A stretch of 63,761 nucleotides of DNA from an uncultured Bdellovibrionales bacterium (GCA_964500125.1 CAZCMV010000005.1:1-63761); one strand, 5' to 3'. Positions 45,647 through 54,965 are shown, counted from the first letter of the stretch. Program-made: numbers and translations. The notes: generated from the letters alone by a model not told the origin.

Positions 45647-45973
45647 CTACAAAAGTTCTTCCAGCGATCTTTCAAGATTTTCCTTAGCTTGCACTCCAGT
45701 AAATTCCTTGACTATTTTGCCTCCTTTAAAAATTTTAATTGAAGGAATAGACATGATGCCGTATTTGGTTGCTGTAATATTATTTTCATCCACATTCAAC
45801 TTGCCAATTTTTGCCTTCTCGCCTGTTTTTTCCGCCAATTCATCTATGATTGGTCCCATCATCTGACAAGGTCCGCACCATGGTGCCCAAAAATCAACCA
45901 AAACAGGCTTGTCAGATTTAATCACTTCTAGATCAAAATTTTGATCCGTAAATTCAATAGCCATAAAATTCAT
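45647..45973 (-). CDS. trxA: Thioredoxin
   Basis: Contains WAPWCGPC. The track start at 46030 is TTG; ATG 45973 or 45964 is more likely. Confidence 0.9.
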   Translation of the reverse strand: MNFMAIEFTDQNFDLEVIKSDKPVLVDFWAPWCGPCQMMGPIIDELAEKTGEKAKIGKLNVDENNITATKYGIMSIPSIKIFKGGKIVKEFTGVQAKENLERSLEELL

Positions 45974-46136
45974 TAGTCTTCGACTTTTAGCTTCACCAAC
46001 TTTCTGGAAAATTTCCAAACTATCAGCCAAAAACTCAAAAATAAAAAAATTAATTTCACACTTTCAAACTTACACTTTGTGCTTTATCTTAATTATAATT
46101 CGTTTTTCCAACTAAACCAAAACTTCAAATTTCCAT

Positions 46137-46859
46137 TTATTTTCCCAATCTTCTAGCCCTTCTCTGATATTCCTCAATTGCTTCCTCCAGTTCTTTTTCC
46201 CGAAAATCCGGATACATTTTTTCCGAAAAATAGAGCTGCGCATTGGCCAAATCCCACATCATGAAGCCTGCACTCAGATGCGGTTCGCCACCGGTACGGA
46301 TCAAATAATCAACCGATGGAAGCTCGTATGTAAATAAATTGCTTTTTATAACATCTGCAGTTACCTCCACTCCCTTTTTGCCGCTATCCACAATTTTTCG
46401 AACAGCTTCAATCATTTCATCATCTCCACTATATGCTAGAAAAAAATTAAGTTTGTTTTTTCCGTATTTTTTAGTTCGATCAATACATTCTCGAATAACC
46501 TTTTTCAGAGAATCCGGAAACTGATCTTCCCATCTGCCAATAAAATTTATCTTCACTTCGCTTGCGTGAATCGTTTCATTATCAACAAGTCTAGCGAAAT
46601 ACTCCCGATATATACGCAGTAATGCTTTTTTTTCATTCAAAGGACGCTTTTGCAAATTTTCCAAAGAAGAACCCCAGAGCGAAACGCATTTCACGCCAAG
46701 TTCAAGCGCACGAAGCATCAATTTTTCCGTGTTCTTCGCTCCCTCTTCATGCCCTTTCCACGGCTCCATTCCGCGCTCTTTCGCCCACCGCCTGTTACCA
46801 TCGGGAATTATGGCAACATGATTAGGCGCTGAGCTTTTTTCGTGAATATTTATTGTCAT
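46137..46859 (-). CDS. uppS: Isoprenyl transferase (undecaprenyl-diphosphate synthase)
   Basis: Contains HVAIIPDGNRRWA and the RTGGE..LS.F..W region. The ATG at 46859 is preferred over the TTG at 46898, which lies in a repeat. Confidence 0.9.
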   Translation of the reverse strand: MTINIHEKSSAPNHVAIIPDGNRRWAKERGMEPWKGHEEGAKNTEKLMLRALELGVKCVSLWGSSLENLQKRPLNEKKALLRIYREYFARLVDNETIHASEVKINFIGRWEDQFPDSLKKVIRECIDRTKKYGKNKLNFFLAYSGDDEMIEAVRKIVDSGKKGVEVTADVIKSNLFTYELPSVDYLIRTGGEPHLSAGFMMWDLANAQLYFSEKMYPDFREKELEEAIEEYQRRARRLGK

Positions 46860-47011
46860 ATCTAATTTTTCTTTAATCACAGAAAGATCAAAAATCAAAA
46901 TGCAAAAATCAAAATGACAATGAAAAATGTAAAACTATGGAAATTATTTTTGCATTTTAAATTGACATTTTGCATTTTGCATTACCAACCTATTTTAATT
47001 AGCAAATAGCT

Positions 47012-48070
47012 TTATTTATATTTCTTAACCTCCTTAATGAACTCCTTCAACAAATCCTTTTCGTTTACTTTCCGCATAATCTCTCCTTTTTTTACAATCA
47101 GCCCCACGCCTTTGCCGCCTACGATTGCCAAATCCGCTTCACGTGCTTCCCCAGGACCGTTCACTACACAGCCCATTACCGCCACATGCATATCCTTATC
47201 TATCAAAGCAAGTTCGCTTTCCACCTTTTTAGCCAGCGAAATGAGATCTATTTGCGTTCTGCCGCACGTTGGGCAACTGGTAATCGTAATACCACGCTTT
47301 CGCAAGCCCAATGATTTCAAAATTTCCCAAGCTACTCTCACTTCTTCAACCGGATCAGCAGTAAGCGAGACGCGCATAGTGTCTCCAATGCCTTCAAACA
47401 ACAATATTCCTAAACCGATTGATGACATTACTGTGCCGCGAAAAATCGTGCCGGCTTCAGTCACACCAATGTGAAGCGGGTAATTCACCTTTTTGGAAAG
47501 CATGCGATAAGCCTCAACTGTTCGCTCAACGTCGGAAGCTTTTAGTGAAATCGCGATGTCACGAAAGCCGTATTTTTCCAAAATTTTGATGTGGCGCATG
47601 GCTGATTCCACCATGCCTTCCGCCGTCACTTTGTTTTTATACTTTTTCAAAATATCTTTTTCAAGTGACCCCCCATTCACACCGATACGGATCGGGATTT
47701 TTCTTTTCTTTGCTTCCAACACCACCATCTTGATTTTTTCCTCACTGCCAATGTTACCAGGGTTTATACGCAATTTGTCGATTCCCTGGCGCATCACCTC
47801 CATGGCATATTCCGCGGAAAAATGAATGTCCGCAATCAAAGGAATGGAAACGCGTTTTTTGATCTTGCCAATCGCTTTAGCCGCATCCATATCAAGCACC
47901 GCCAAGCGCACGATTTCACAACCGGCTTTTTGCAACTCTTTAATTTGTTTGACCGTAGCCGCCACATCACGCGTGTCCGTGTTGCACATCGACTGCACTA
48001 CCACCGGCGCATCACCGCCGATATAAACATTACCGACTTTTATTTTCCTCGTTTTTCTTCTTTTTATCAT
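47012..48070 (-). CDS. ispG: 4-hydroxy-3-methylbut-2-en-1-yl diphosphate synthase (flavodoxin)
   Basis: 352 aa. GcpE pattern: VGNVYIGGDAPVVVQSM, RINPGNIG and CPTCGR. Confidence 0.9.
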   Translation of the reverse strand: MIKRRKTRKIKVGNVYIGGDAPVVVQSMCNTDTRDVAATVKQIKELQKAGCEIVRLAVLDMDAAKAIGKIKKRVSIPLIADIHFSAEYAMEVMRQGIDKLRINPGNIGSEEKIKMVVLEAKKRKIPIRIGVNGGSLEKDILKKYKNKVTAEGMVESAMRHIKILEKYGFRDIAISLKASDVERTVEAYRMLSKKVNYPLHIGVTEAGTIFRGTVMSSIGLGILLFEGIGDTMRVSLTADPVEEVRVAWEILKSLGLRKRGITITSCPTCGRTQIDLISLAKKVESELALIDKDMHVAVMGCVVNGPGEAREADLAIVGGKGVGLIVKKGEIMRKVNEKDLLKEFIKEVKKYK

Positions 48071-48123
48071 ACTTATTTTTTATTAGAGTCATTAGAGTGT
48101 TGCATTTGAATATTAGAGTCGCC

Positions 48124-49194
48124 TCAAATTTCTCTTCCCGCCAAATACCCAGCCAGATCAGCCAAGAATATTTTCAGTTTCTCATTAGCATTCAGCAATT
48201 CCGCTTGCCTTGCTGCTTCTTCCAGATAACCGTCGATTTCAGCTTTGACCGCTTCCAATGCGCCGGTGTTTTTAATAATACCACGAAATTCATCCGCTTC
48301 CTTTTTAGAAATATCCAATTTTCCTAAAAGCGAATCAAATTTCTTGCACTGAGCAATATTTGCACGTTTTCGCGTTTCAAAAACCAGCATAGTTTGCTTT
48401 CCTTCTTTAATATCGGAAACATTTGATTTGCCGCTTTTCTTTTCTGAAACAAACAGACTTAAAAGATCATCTTGCATTTGATATGCCACACCCATAGGAA
48501 GAGCGCAAGCTGACAAATTATTTAACGTTTTCTTATCCCCCGAGCCAACAGCAATAGCACCCACATGTAGCGGCCCTTCAAAAGTGTATTTAGCAGTCTT
48601 ATTAAGATACACCCTCATCACATCACTACGAGCCGCAATTGTGCTTGATTGCAAAGAAAGCTCTTGCACTTGTCCCAAACATGTTTGGGAAACAACCTGT
48701 TGAAAATATGCACCGATACCATCGATTCTCCCAGAATCCAGTCCTGATTGATATATCAATTTGAAAGCTTCGGCGCACAAAAGATCACCAATTATGATAG
48801 CCAAGGAAATTCCATGGTGCTCAACTTCTGATTTGCCAAACATCTTACGCGCACAATCAGCCATGACCAAGTGTAGTGTTTTCTTGCCATGACGAGTTGC
48901 ACTGCGATCGCAAATGTCATCATGAATCAGTAAATATACATGAATAAGTTCAATAGCAATCGCCACCTTCATCATTGCTTTTTTGTTTTTGCCGCCGAAA
49001 GATTCATATGCCTTAAGAGCAAGCATCGGCCTAATCCGTTTGCCACCAGCCAAAACAATGTCACGCACAAATCCCAAGGCGCGCCCAGCAATGACGTCCT
49101 CTTTTTTGATATTTTTGATAAGTAAAGAAAAATACCTTTCCAACTCCCTGTCAAAAACTTTCTTAAACGCTTCCATCTCTTCTGCTGCACCCAT
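48124..49194 (-). CDS. Polyprenyl diphosphate synthase (IspA/GGPPS family)
   Basis: 356 aa. First DDxxD region is LIHDDICD and the second is MQDDLLS. Confidence 0.85.
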   Translation of the reverse strand: MGAAEEMEAFKKVFDRELERYFSLLIKNIKKEDVIAGRALGFVRDIVLAGGKRIRPMLALKAYESFGGKNKKAMMKVAIAIELIHVYLLIHDDICDRSATRHGKKTLHLVMADCARKMFGKSEVEHHGISLAIIIGDLLCAEAFKLIYQSGLDSGRIDGIGAYFQQVVSQTCLGQVQELSLQSSTIAARSDVMRVYLNKTAKYTFEGPLHVGAIAVGSGDKKTLNNLSACALPMGVAYQMQDDLLSLFVSEKKSGKSNVSDIKEGKQTMLVFETRKRANIAQCKKFDSLLGKLDISKKEADEFRGIIKNTGALEAVKAEIDGYLEEAARQAELLNANEKLKIFLADLAGYLAGREI

Positions 49195-49341
49195 ATTTTT
49201 TGGAAAATTAGATTCTTAGTTTATTGAATGTTCTGCAGAACATTCAATATCTTATTATGCAAGGACGTTGGATGTCTAAATAGCCGTCCTGCTATTGCGC
49301 CCATTATATCATTAAAAAAGGAAAATACAAGCATTGGGATA

Positions 49342-49370
49342 TTGACTTTTTAATTAGTTGATAGTATAAT
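49342..49370 (+). promoter_or_regulatory. Consensus sigma70 promoter TTGACT-17-TATAAT
   Basis: Read directly from the sequence, about 65 nt upstream of ATG 49437. Confidence 0.6.
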
Positions 49371-49436
49371 ATCGGAGGTTATTTTAGAATTAGTTATTTA
49401 ACATACATTTTCAAATGTCCAAGGAGGGATGACAAA

Positions 49437-49796
49437 ATGCAAAAAGTTTCGGAAAAAATAGACATCATAAAACACGCACTCACCAATCTCGCACAAAAAT
49501 GGAATATCGAGTTCAATTCAATGCTTATTCAATATTCGAATGGGAACTATCCTGCAGTCACAATCTTGCTTGATGTTTCAATATTTGAAAGACTGAAGTG
49601 GTATCGAAACTGGATGAAGAACAAAAAAAATGACCTCACGTTCTGGGTGCTGGCAAAAGAGTGCGGAATAACAATGTCTTTTTTCAGAGGAAGAATATCT
49701 CTGCGTGGAAGTTCTTTGAATAATCAATTCATTGTAATCAAAGACTTTCTTGAAGAAATAGCCAAGCAGCCTGAAGACATTTGGAATCTGCGTTAA
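49437..49796 (+). CDS. Hypothetical 119-aa protein
   Basis: AGGAGGG Shine-Dalgarno sequence. Consensus promoter upstream and a strong terminator downstream. No motif recognised. Confidence 0.65.
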   Translation: MQKVSEKIDIIKHALTNLAQKWNIEFNSMLIQYSNGNYPAVTILLDVSIFERLKWYRNWMKNKKNDLTFWVLAKECGITMSFFRGRISLRGSSLNNQFIVIKDFLEEIAKQPEDIWNLR

Positions 49797-49801
49797 AGCT
49801 T

Positions 49802-49835
49802 AGGCTTGTCGAGAACATCCGACAAGCCTTTTTTG
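49802..49835 (+). terminator. Rho-independent terminator
   Basis: AGGCTTGTCG-N8-CGACAAGCCT followed by T6. Confidence 0.8.
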
Positions 49836-50000
49836 TATAAAAAAAAGGCCAAAGCCATATTTCCAAGTTCCATATTCAAATCTATCAACTTTTTTATTAA
49901 GCTCAGCAAAACCGTTCTGCGTCATCAAAAACAAACCATTCAATGTTATTTCTCCGTCTTTACTCACAGCTTCATTTATGCCAAACATTTTCAAAGTCAG

Positions 50001-50049
50001 TGTACCACATACGGGATTTGAACTCGTGATCTTTTGAACTCGTCCCGCA
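50001..50049 (-). pseudogene. Degenerate tRNA 3' fragment (T-arm with an internal duplication plus acceptor 3' strand)
   Basis: Reverse complement: TGCGGGACGAGTTCAAAAGATCACGAGTTCAAATCCCGTATGTGGTACA. CGAGTTCAAA is duplicated, and no matching 5' half adjoins it. Confidence 0.45.
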
Positions 50050-50074
50050 TCAAACTTTAAGAAAAAATATTCTG

Positions 50075-50146
50075 TGACCTCAAGGGGAATCGAACCCCTG
50101 TTACAAGGATGAGAACCTTGCGTCCTAACCGCTAGACGATGAGGCC
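50075..50146 (-). tRNA. tRNA-Glu (anticodon CTC)
   Basis: Reverse complement: GGCCTCATCGTCTAGCGGTTAGGACGCAAGGTTCTCATCCTTGTAACAGGGGTTCGATTCCCCTTGAGGTCA. The cloverleaf folds, and the anticodon loop is TTCTCAT. Confidence 0.9.
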
Positions 50147-50178
50147 TTAATTTAAATTAGTGTAGAATAAATAAAATA

Positions 50179-50203
50179 TCCTAAACCACTAGACAAACGC
50201 GGC
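50179..50203 (-). pseudogene. Degenerate tRNA 5' fragment (acceptor 5' strand plus D-arm)
   Basis: Reverse complement: GCCGCGTTTGTCTAGTGGTTTAGGA. It resembles the 5' 25 nt of a Glu/Asp-type tRNA and then runs into AT-rich non-tRNA sequence. Confidence 0.45.
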
Positions 50204-50364
50204 ATGTGCAAATAAGCAGGAAACATTGCACTTATCCTGTCACATGCACAGCACTGTGACTAATGTCCTAAACTGAAGACAACGATAACACATAACAAAA
50301 AAACAATCAATACCAAATTTGCGCAAAAAAATACCGGATAGCATTTGCATAGTCATATTCCAAC

Positions 50365-50586
50365 TCATCGAAGTTGCATGTTAACAGCAACGAGAGTCAA
50401 GAAAATCTGACGATCCGGTATATCACTCGAGACCTTGCGCCCTTTGAGCGCTTCTCGAATTTGACGTGCAAAAGCAAATAGTTCCCTCATTGTCTCAATT
50501 CTAAAATCGAGAAGCAATGCGTACAGGTCAGCTTTTGCCAAAGCTTCCCTGATTTTTTTCATCAAACGTCTCTTTTCCGCTGACAT
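50365..50586 (-). CDS. Small helical hypothetical protein (73 aa)
   Basis: AGGAGG lies 8 nt upstream of the ATG. It starts 20 nt after the upstream ORF, so it is the second gene of a two-gene operon. Confidence 0.6.
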   Translation of the reverse strand: MSAEKRRLMKKIREALAKADLYALLLDFRIETMRELFAFARQIREALKGRKVSSDIPDRQIFLTLVAVNMQLR

Positions 50587-50606
50587 TTTTCACACCTCCT
50601 TTCACG

Positions 50607-50825
50607 TCACGCATGATTTATCATTTGCCCTAAGCAGTAAGGGCAATCTTCGAACTTGCCGACTTTTCTAATTTTCTCCCACTCTTGAGGAGTTTCAGGG
50701 CGTTTCCAGATATTGCTACTACCGGACATAAACCTGCCACATTGACAAATAGCAACTTCTTCGGAAAACAAGCTTGCAAAAAGTTTTCCAAGCTCTTCGT
50801 TTGGTGTGTTACTTAATGACAACAT
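50607..50825 (-). CDS. Small Cys4 (CxC...CxxC) hypothetical protein (72 aa)
   Basis: GGGAGG lies 5 nt upstream of ATG 50825. Translation: MLSLSNTPNEE..AICQCGRF..DCPYCLGQ. The longer form in the track (start at 50900) has no Shine-Dalgarno sequence. Confidence 0.6.
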   Translation of the reverse strand: MLSLSNTPNEELGKLFASLFSEEVAICQCGRFMSGSSNIWKRPETPQEWEKIRKVGKFEDCPYCLGQMINHA

Positions 50826-51026
50826 AATAACCTCCCTTCTAATTTGCACGCCTAGGTTGTGAAACAACCATCCAAAACGCAACAGAAGACAACCTCCCAA
50901 TGGAAACTGTCTTCTGCTGTCAAAGCAACTGCCTTGAAATTACCTTATTTGGCTGTATTTTCGTTTTTTGGCACTATCGCCCACTTTCATCCTACACCTC
51001 TATTATACTCCTATTTTTGCAATTTG

Positions 51027-52328
51027 TCAAGGATTTATGAGTGGCTTCTCCTTCCATTCTTTGTTTTGCCGACATATTTTTTCTTCTGACAAAAGAGGGT
51101 CAGCAATTACCTGCTCCACAACCTTTTCCATGCGCATACCTTGAGATCCCTTGACCAAAACAAGGTCTCCAGGTGCCATAAGTTCACGCAATCTCACTCC
51201 TGCATCAACTGAACTTTCAAAACACTCAAACTGAAATTCTCCACTGCGACGAGCTTTCAATTCATCTTCAGCAAATTTCATTCTTTTACCAACCAGTAAA
51301 ATCAAGCTTGCTCCGGATTCCAACGCGGCTTTTGCCACGCTTCGATGTCCTTTTTCTGTTTCTTCTCCCAACTCCAACATATCGCCCAACACTGCTACCT
51401 TGCGACTAGCGCGCAACTTTTTCAAAACGTCAAGCGCGGCAACCGTGGAAACAGGCGAAGCATTATACGTATCGTCAATAATAATGCTGTTTTTAATTCC
51501 TTCAATAATATTCAACCGGCCAAGCGGCAATGCCAACTTCTCTAAACCTTGTGCAGCCTCTACCAGATTTATTTTTATACCAATACCAACGGAAATGCCT
51601 GCTAGCGCGGCATTCACCTGATGCGGAGCCAAGACATTTTTTAATCTTATTGGAAGTGTTTTACCATCATAGCTTAAGCGAAAGCTCAGACCTTCCGGCC
51701 TGTTACGCTCATCATAATTAAAAGAAACATTTGATGCTTGCACTTTAGATTCTTCGCTAAAACCATAGGAAATGATTTTTGCCTTAGATTTTTCTCCCAT
51801 TTTAATAACGCGCTCATCATCGGCATTGAGAATTGCATATTCACCCTCTCCTAAAACATCCACCAAACCCTTTTTTTCTTTGGCAATTCCCTCCAGTGTT
51901 TTGAAAAATTCAATATGACTCGAAGAAACATTCGTAACAACGGCAATATTTGGTTTTATAAATGAAGTCAGATATTGCATATCGCCTGGACGATCAACTC
52001 CAAATTCCAAAATTAAAACTTCCGGATATTTTGTCGGAAAAGTCACCATATATAACCAATGCAACATATTGGCTGCCCATTTACATAGTGAATTTCCGCC
52101 TGTTTCCATGCCTAAAATAGTCAATGGAATGCCAATTTCGTTATTATAATTTTTTTCGTTGCGACGAACGCGATATTTTGTTGTCAGAACGGCAAAAATC
52201 GCCTCTTTAGCTGATGTTTTTCCCACAGAGCCAGTAACACCAATAACCAAAGGCTTATATCGCCAAAGCACAACCCCAGCCATGAATCTTAAAATTTTCT
52301 CCAGCAGTATTATTTTTTTAGTTTTCAT
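51027..52328 (-). CDS. murF: UDP-N-acetylmuramoyl-tripeptide--D-alanyl-D-alanine ligase
   Basis: 433 aa. Contains VIGVTGSVGKTS and a Mur ligase middle/C-terminal pattern (DDTYNASP). Confidence 0.9.
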   Translation of the reverse strand: MKTKKIILLEKILRFMAGVVLWRYKPLVIGVTGSVGKTSAKEAIFAVLTTKYRVRRNEKNYNNEIGIPLTILGMETGGNSLCKWAANMLHWLYMVTFPTKYPEVLILEFGVDRPGDMQYLTSFIKPNIAVVTNVSSSHIEFFKTLEGIAKEKKGLVDVLGEGEYAILNADDERVIKMGEKSKAKIISYGFSEESKVQASNVSFNYDERNRPEGLSFRLSYDGKTLPIRLKNVLAPHQVNAALAGISVGIGIKINLVEAAQGLEKLALPLGRLNIIEGIKNSIIIDDTYNASPVSTVAALDVLKKLRASRKVAVLGDMLELGEETEKGHRSVAKAALESGASLILLVGKRMKFAEDELKARRSGEFQFECFESSVDAGVRLRELMAPGDLVLVKGSQGMRMEKVVEQVIADPLLSEEKICRQNKEWKEKPLINP

Positions 52329-52430
52329 TATTTATAATCCAACAAATTACGAATCTTGTACTAATATACGAACCAGAGAAAACCATATTGGTACATTGAT
52401 ATATTTGTAAATGATTCGTATTTCGCCATT

Positions 52431-54317
52431 TCAATGCGTATTTTTCTTATTTTCCTTTTTATCTTTATTATTGTCAACCACGGCTGCCTCAGTTGCATCG
52501 GTTTGCGCGGGAGAATTGCTAATCGGTGCCATATGTGCAAGCGGACTTGTTGAAGGGTCTTCGGTTGGTTTGACGCGATAATATTCCAGCAGAAATTTCA
52601 TAACTTCACCGAAAGTAGGAGCCGCCGAAGATTCGGCCCACTCCACATTTTTTGGATTGTATAAGTCAACCACCACAACAAATTGCGGATCATTAATTGG
52701 TGCATATCCTGCAAAAGAACCGATATTGATGCCTTCTTCATATCCCTTGGAGCCTATTTTGGCAACCTGCGCTGTTCCTGTTTTGCCACCAACCAAATAT
52801 CCTGGAACATCTGCACGTTTACCATGACCTTTTGTTACTACACTTCGCAGCATTTCCCCCAAACTTCTTGCAGTATCGGCAGAAACAACTCTCCTTACCT
52901 CTCTAGGCTCTATCTCTTCAACAGTTCCATTAAAATGTTTCATTGAATCTATTATTGTTGGCTTCATCATAACCCCTTCGTTAGCAAGAACACCATATGC
53001 AACCGCAAGCTGGAGAGGAGTAACGGTTATCGCTTGTCCAAAAGATGCTGTAAAAAAATTTATGTCAATTTCTATATTATCTAAATTTCTGATATTTCCT
53101 GGAGACTCACTGGGAAGCTCAATGCCAGTTTTTTCACCAAAGCCAAATTTTCTCACATATTCGCCAAAAACTTTGTTTCCAACAAGTTTTTCAACATAAA
53201 TAACACCTGTATTTAGAGAATTTTCCAAAACTTGAGTCATCGTTTGAACGCCGTTGGCCTTCAGGTCGGAATTCCTTATCTCATATCCAGCTTCTTTCAC
53301 TACACCACTGTCAACATAAGTTGTATTGTGATTTATTTTTCCGCAATCAATTCCCATCGCCACCGTAATTGGTTTAAAAACAGAACCAGATTCATAAGAT
53401 TTTGAAATCGCCGCATTTGAAAATAATGAAATATCCTCGGTTGTGGCATATTGATTTGGATCAAAACCAGGAGCGTTTGCCATTGCCAAAATCTTTCCTG
53501 TTTTAGGATCCAAAACAACAACACTTCCGCTATCTGCTGCATATTTTTCCAAGGAAGATTTTAATATTTTTTCAACTTCATATTGCACGGTATGATTTAC
53601 GGTAAGTATCAGATCGCTGCCATTACGAGCCGGATCAATTTCTCGATCAGAAATCGAGATCCAACGCCCACGTGAATCACCTTTTTGCCTAACCACGCCA
53701 ACACTTCCCGCAAGTTTTTCCTGCCAAAACGACTCTAAGCCATACATGCCGCGCATATTCTTCCCGTCAGAACCAACAAAACCTATTAGTTGAGAACCAA
53801 GCTCACCACCAGGATAATAACGATAATTTTCAGGTTGCAGATATATGCCGGCAATCTTTGCTTCTCGTATTCGTGCAGCTTCTTCCTCAGAAAGCTTGCG
53901 TTTAATTACCTCATACATATCATTTGGTTTCCGTAATTTTTCTTTAATTTCCATTTCGGAAACACCAGTTATTTCAGAAATTTTTTTGGAGTCTTCCTCT
54001 ATATTTTTTATTTCACGAGGAACAGCAAACAACATCTGTATTTCACGATTAATTGCCAACGGATAAAGCTCTGCTTCATCTTGCATGAATATTTCACCTC
54101 TTTCAGCCTCAATGTCAACTTTCATCTCATGTTGTCTTTGCGCCATATCAACATATTTACCATGAGATAAAACTTGCAATAAAAAGAGTTTTATCACAAT
54201 GGCGCCTGAAGCAAGGCACACAAAAAACACCAAGACACTTATCCGCCAGTGTTTTGGGGAACTCTTACTAACCCTACGCATTTTTTCGGATGTAATTTTG
54301 CGCATATGGTTTTCCAA
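52431..54317 (-). CDS. ftsI: Penicillin-binding protein 2 / FtsI-type transpeptidase
   Basis: 628 aa with an N-terminal TM helix. Contains SGSVFKP (SxxK), SLN and KTGTAQ. Confidence 0.9.
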   Translation of the reverse strand: MENHMRKITSEKMRRVSKSSPKHWRISVLVFFVCLASGAIVIKLFLLQVLSHGKYVDMAQRQHEMKVDIEAERGEIFMQDEAELYPLAINREIQMLFAVPREIKNIEEDSKKISEITGVSEMEIKEKLRKPNDMYEVIKRKLSEEEAARIREAKIAGIYLQPENYRYYPGGELGSQLIGFVGSDGKNMRGMYGLESFWQEKLAGSVGVVRQKGDSRGRWISISDREIDPARNGSDLILTVNHTVQYEVEKILKSSLEKYAADSGSVVVLDPKTGKILAMANAPGFDPNQYATTEDISLFSNAAISKSYESGSVFKPITVAMGIDCGKINHNTTYVDSGVVKEAGYEIRNSDLKANGVQTMTQVLENSLNTGVIYVEKLVGNKVFGEYVRKFGFGEKTGIELPSESPGNIRNLDNIEIDINFFTASFGQAITVTPLQLAVAYGVLANEGVMMKPTIIDSMKHFNGTVEEIEPREVRRVVSADTARSLGEMLRSVVTKGHGKRADVPGYLVGGKTGTAQVAKIGSKGYEEGINIGSFAGYAPINDPQFVVVVDLYNPKNVEWAESSAAPTFGEVMKFLLEYYRVKPTEDPSTSPLAHMAPISNSPAQTDATEAAVVDNNKDKKENKKNTH

Positions 54318-54329
54318 TCTGAGAAAAAA

Positions 54330-54725
54330 TCAATTTCGCGAACGAAAAGCCACTGCGTCATATTCCTCAACATAGACAGGGTTTTCTATATCCTTCATCT
54401 CTAGTTGTCGCGCTGAATCTTCAACCTTATAGAGCGATTTCAGTTCGGCTTCCTTTATGCGCAAAACTTCATTTTCCTTTTTTAGCTGACTAATCTGCTT
54501 TTCCACCTCTTTCACCGCAAAACCCTGCGTAGCACTATGGTTTATAGTGCAAATATATAAAAGTCCGACACATACAGCACTTATTATCACAACCAAAACA
54601 GGTCGCACAAAACCAGCATTGCCAGAAAGTTTAAGCGATGTTTGTTTGGGCAAATTTGTATTTCTTTTTGTTTTTTGCTGCCAGCCACCATTTGATCTGC
54701 GGATGACAATTGTTCTTTTGGTCAT
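54330..54725 (-). CDS. FtsL-like cell-division protein
   Basis: 131 aa with a basic N-terminus, one TM helix and a coiled coil. It lies between rsmH and ftsI. Confidence 0.6.
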   Translation of the reverse strand: MTKRTIVIRRSNGGWQQKTKRNTNLPKQTSLKLSGNAGFVRPVLVVIISAVCVGLLYICTINHSATQGFAVKEVEKQISQLKKENEVLRIKEAELKSLYKVEDSARQLEMKDIENPVYVEEYDAVAFRSRN

Positions 54726-54828
54726 TGCTTCTCAGCCCCCTGAGAATTTGCTTAACTTTTTATTTACTTACAACTTTATATCTTCATAACTTAAAGACCG
54801 TGTGAAAAGTTAGACTCATTACACCGAC

Positions 54829-54897
54829 GAATTACCCGCTTCGACTTGATTGCAAAAGTCAAATCGAGGCGAGCCAATCTTTTACGAATATACAAAT
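54829..54897 (-). repeat. Conserved 69-nt non-coding element, copy A
   Basis: GAATTACCCGCTTCGACTTGATTGCAAAAGTCAAATCGAGGCGAGCCAATCTTTTACGAATATACAAAT. By eye it has about 8 mismatches to 58013..58081. Confidence 0.8.
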
Positions 54898-54965
54898 TAA
54901 AACAATCACCATAAAACACATTTGTATATTTGTATAGGATTCGTATTTCGTTGGATAAATTTTTA

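Noticed and set aside
49800-49994. 64-aa minus-strand ORF between the 119-aa gene and tRNA-Glu.
   Set aside because: It starts at TTG and has no Shine-Dalgarno sequence. Its last 10 codons are the reverse complement of the plus-strand terminator stem (49802-49835). It is probably not a gene, though a short protein starting at MFGINEAV... cannot be excluded.
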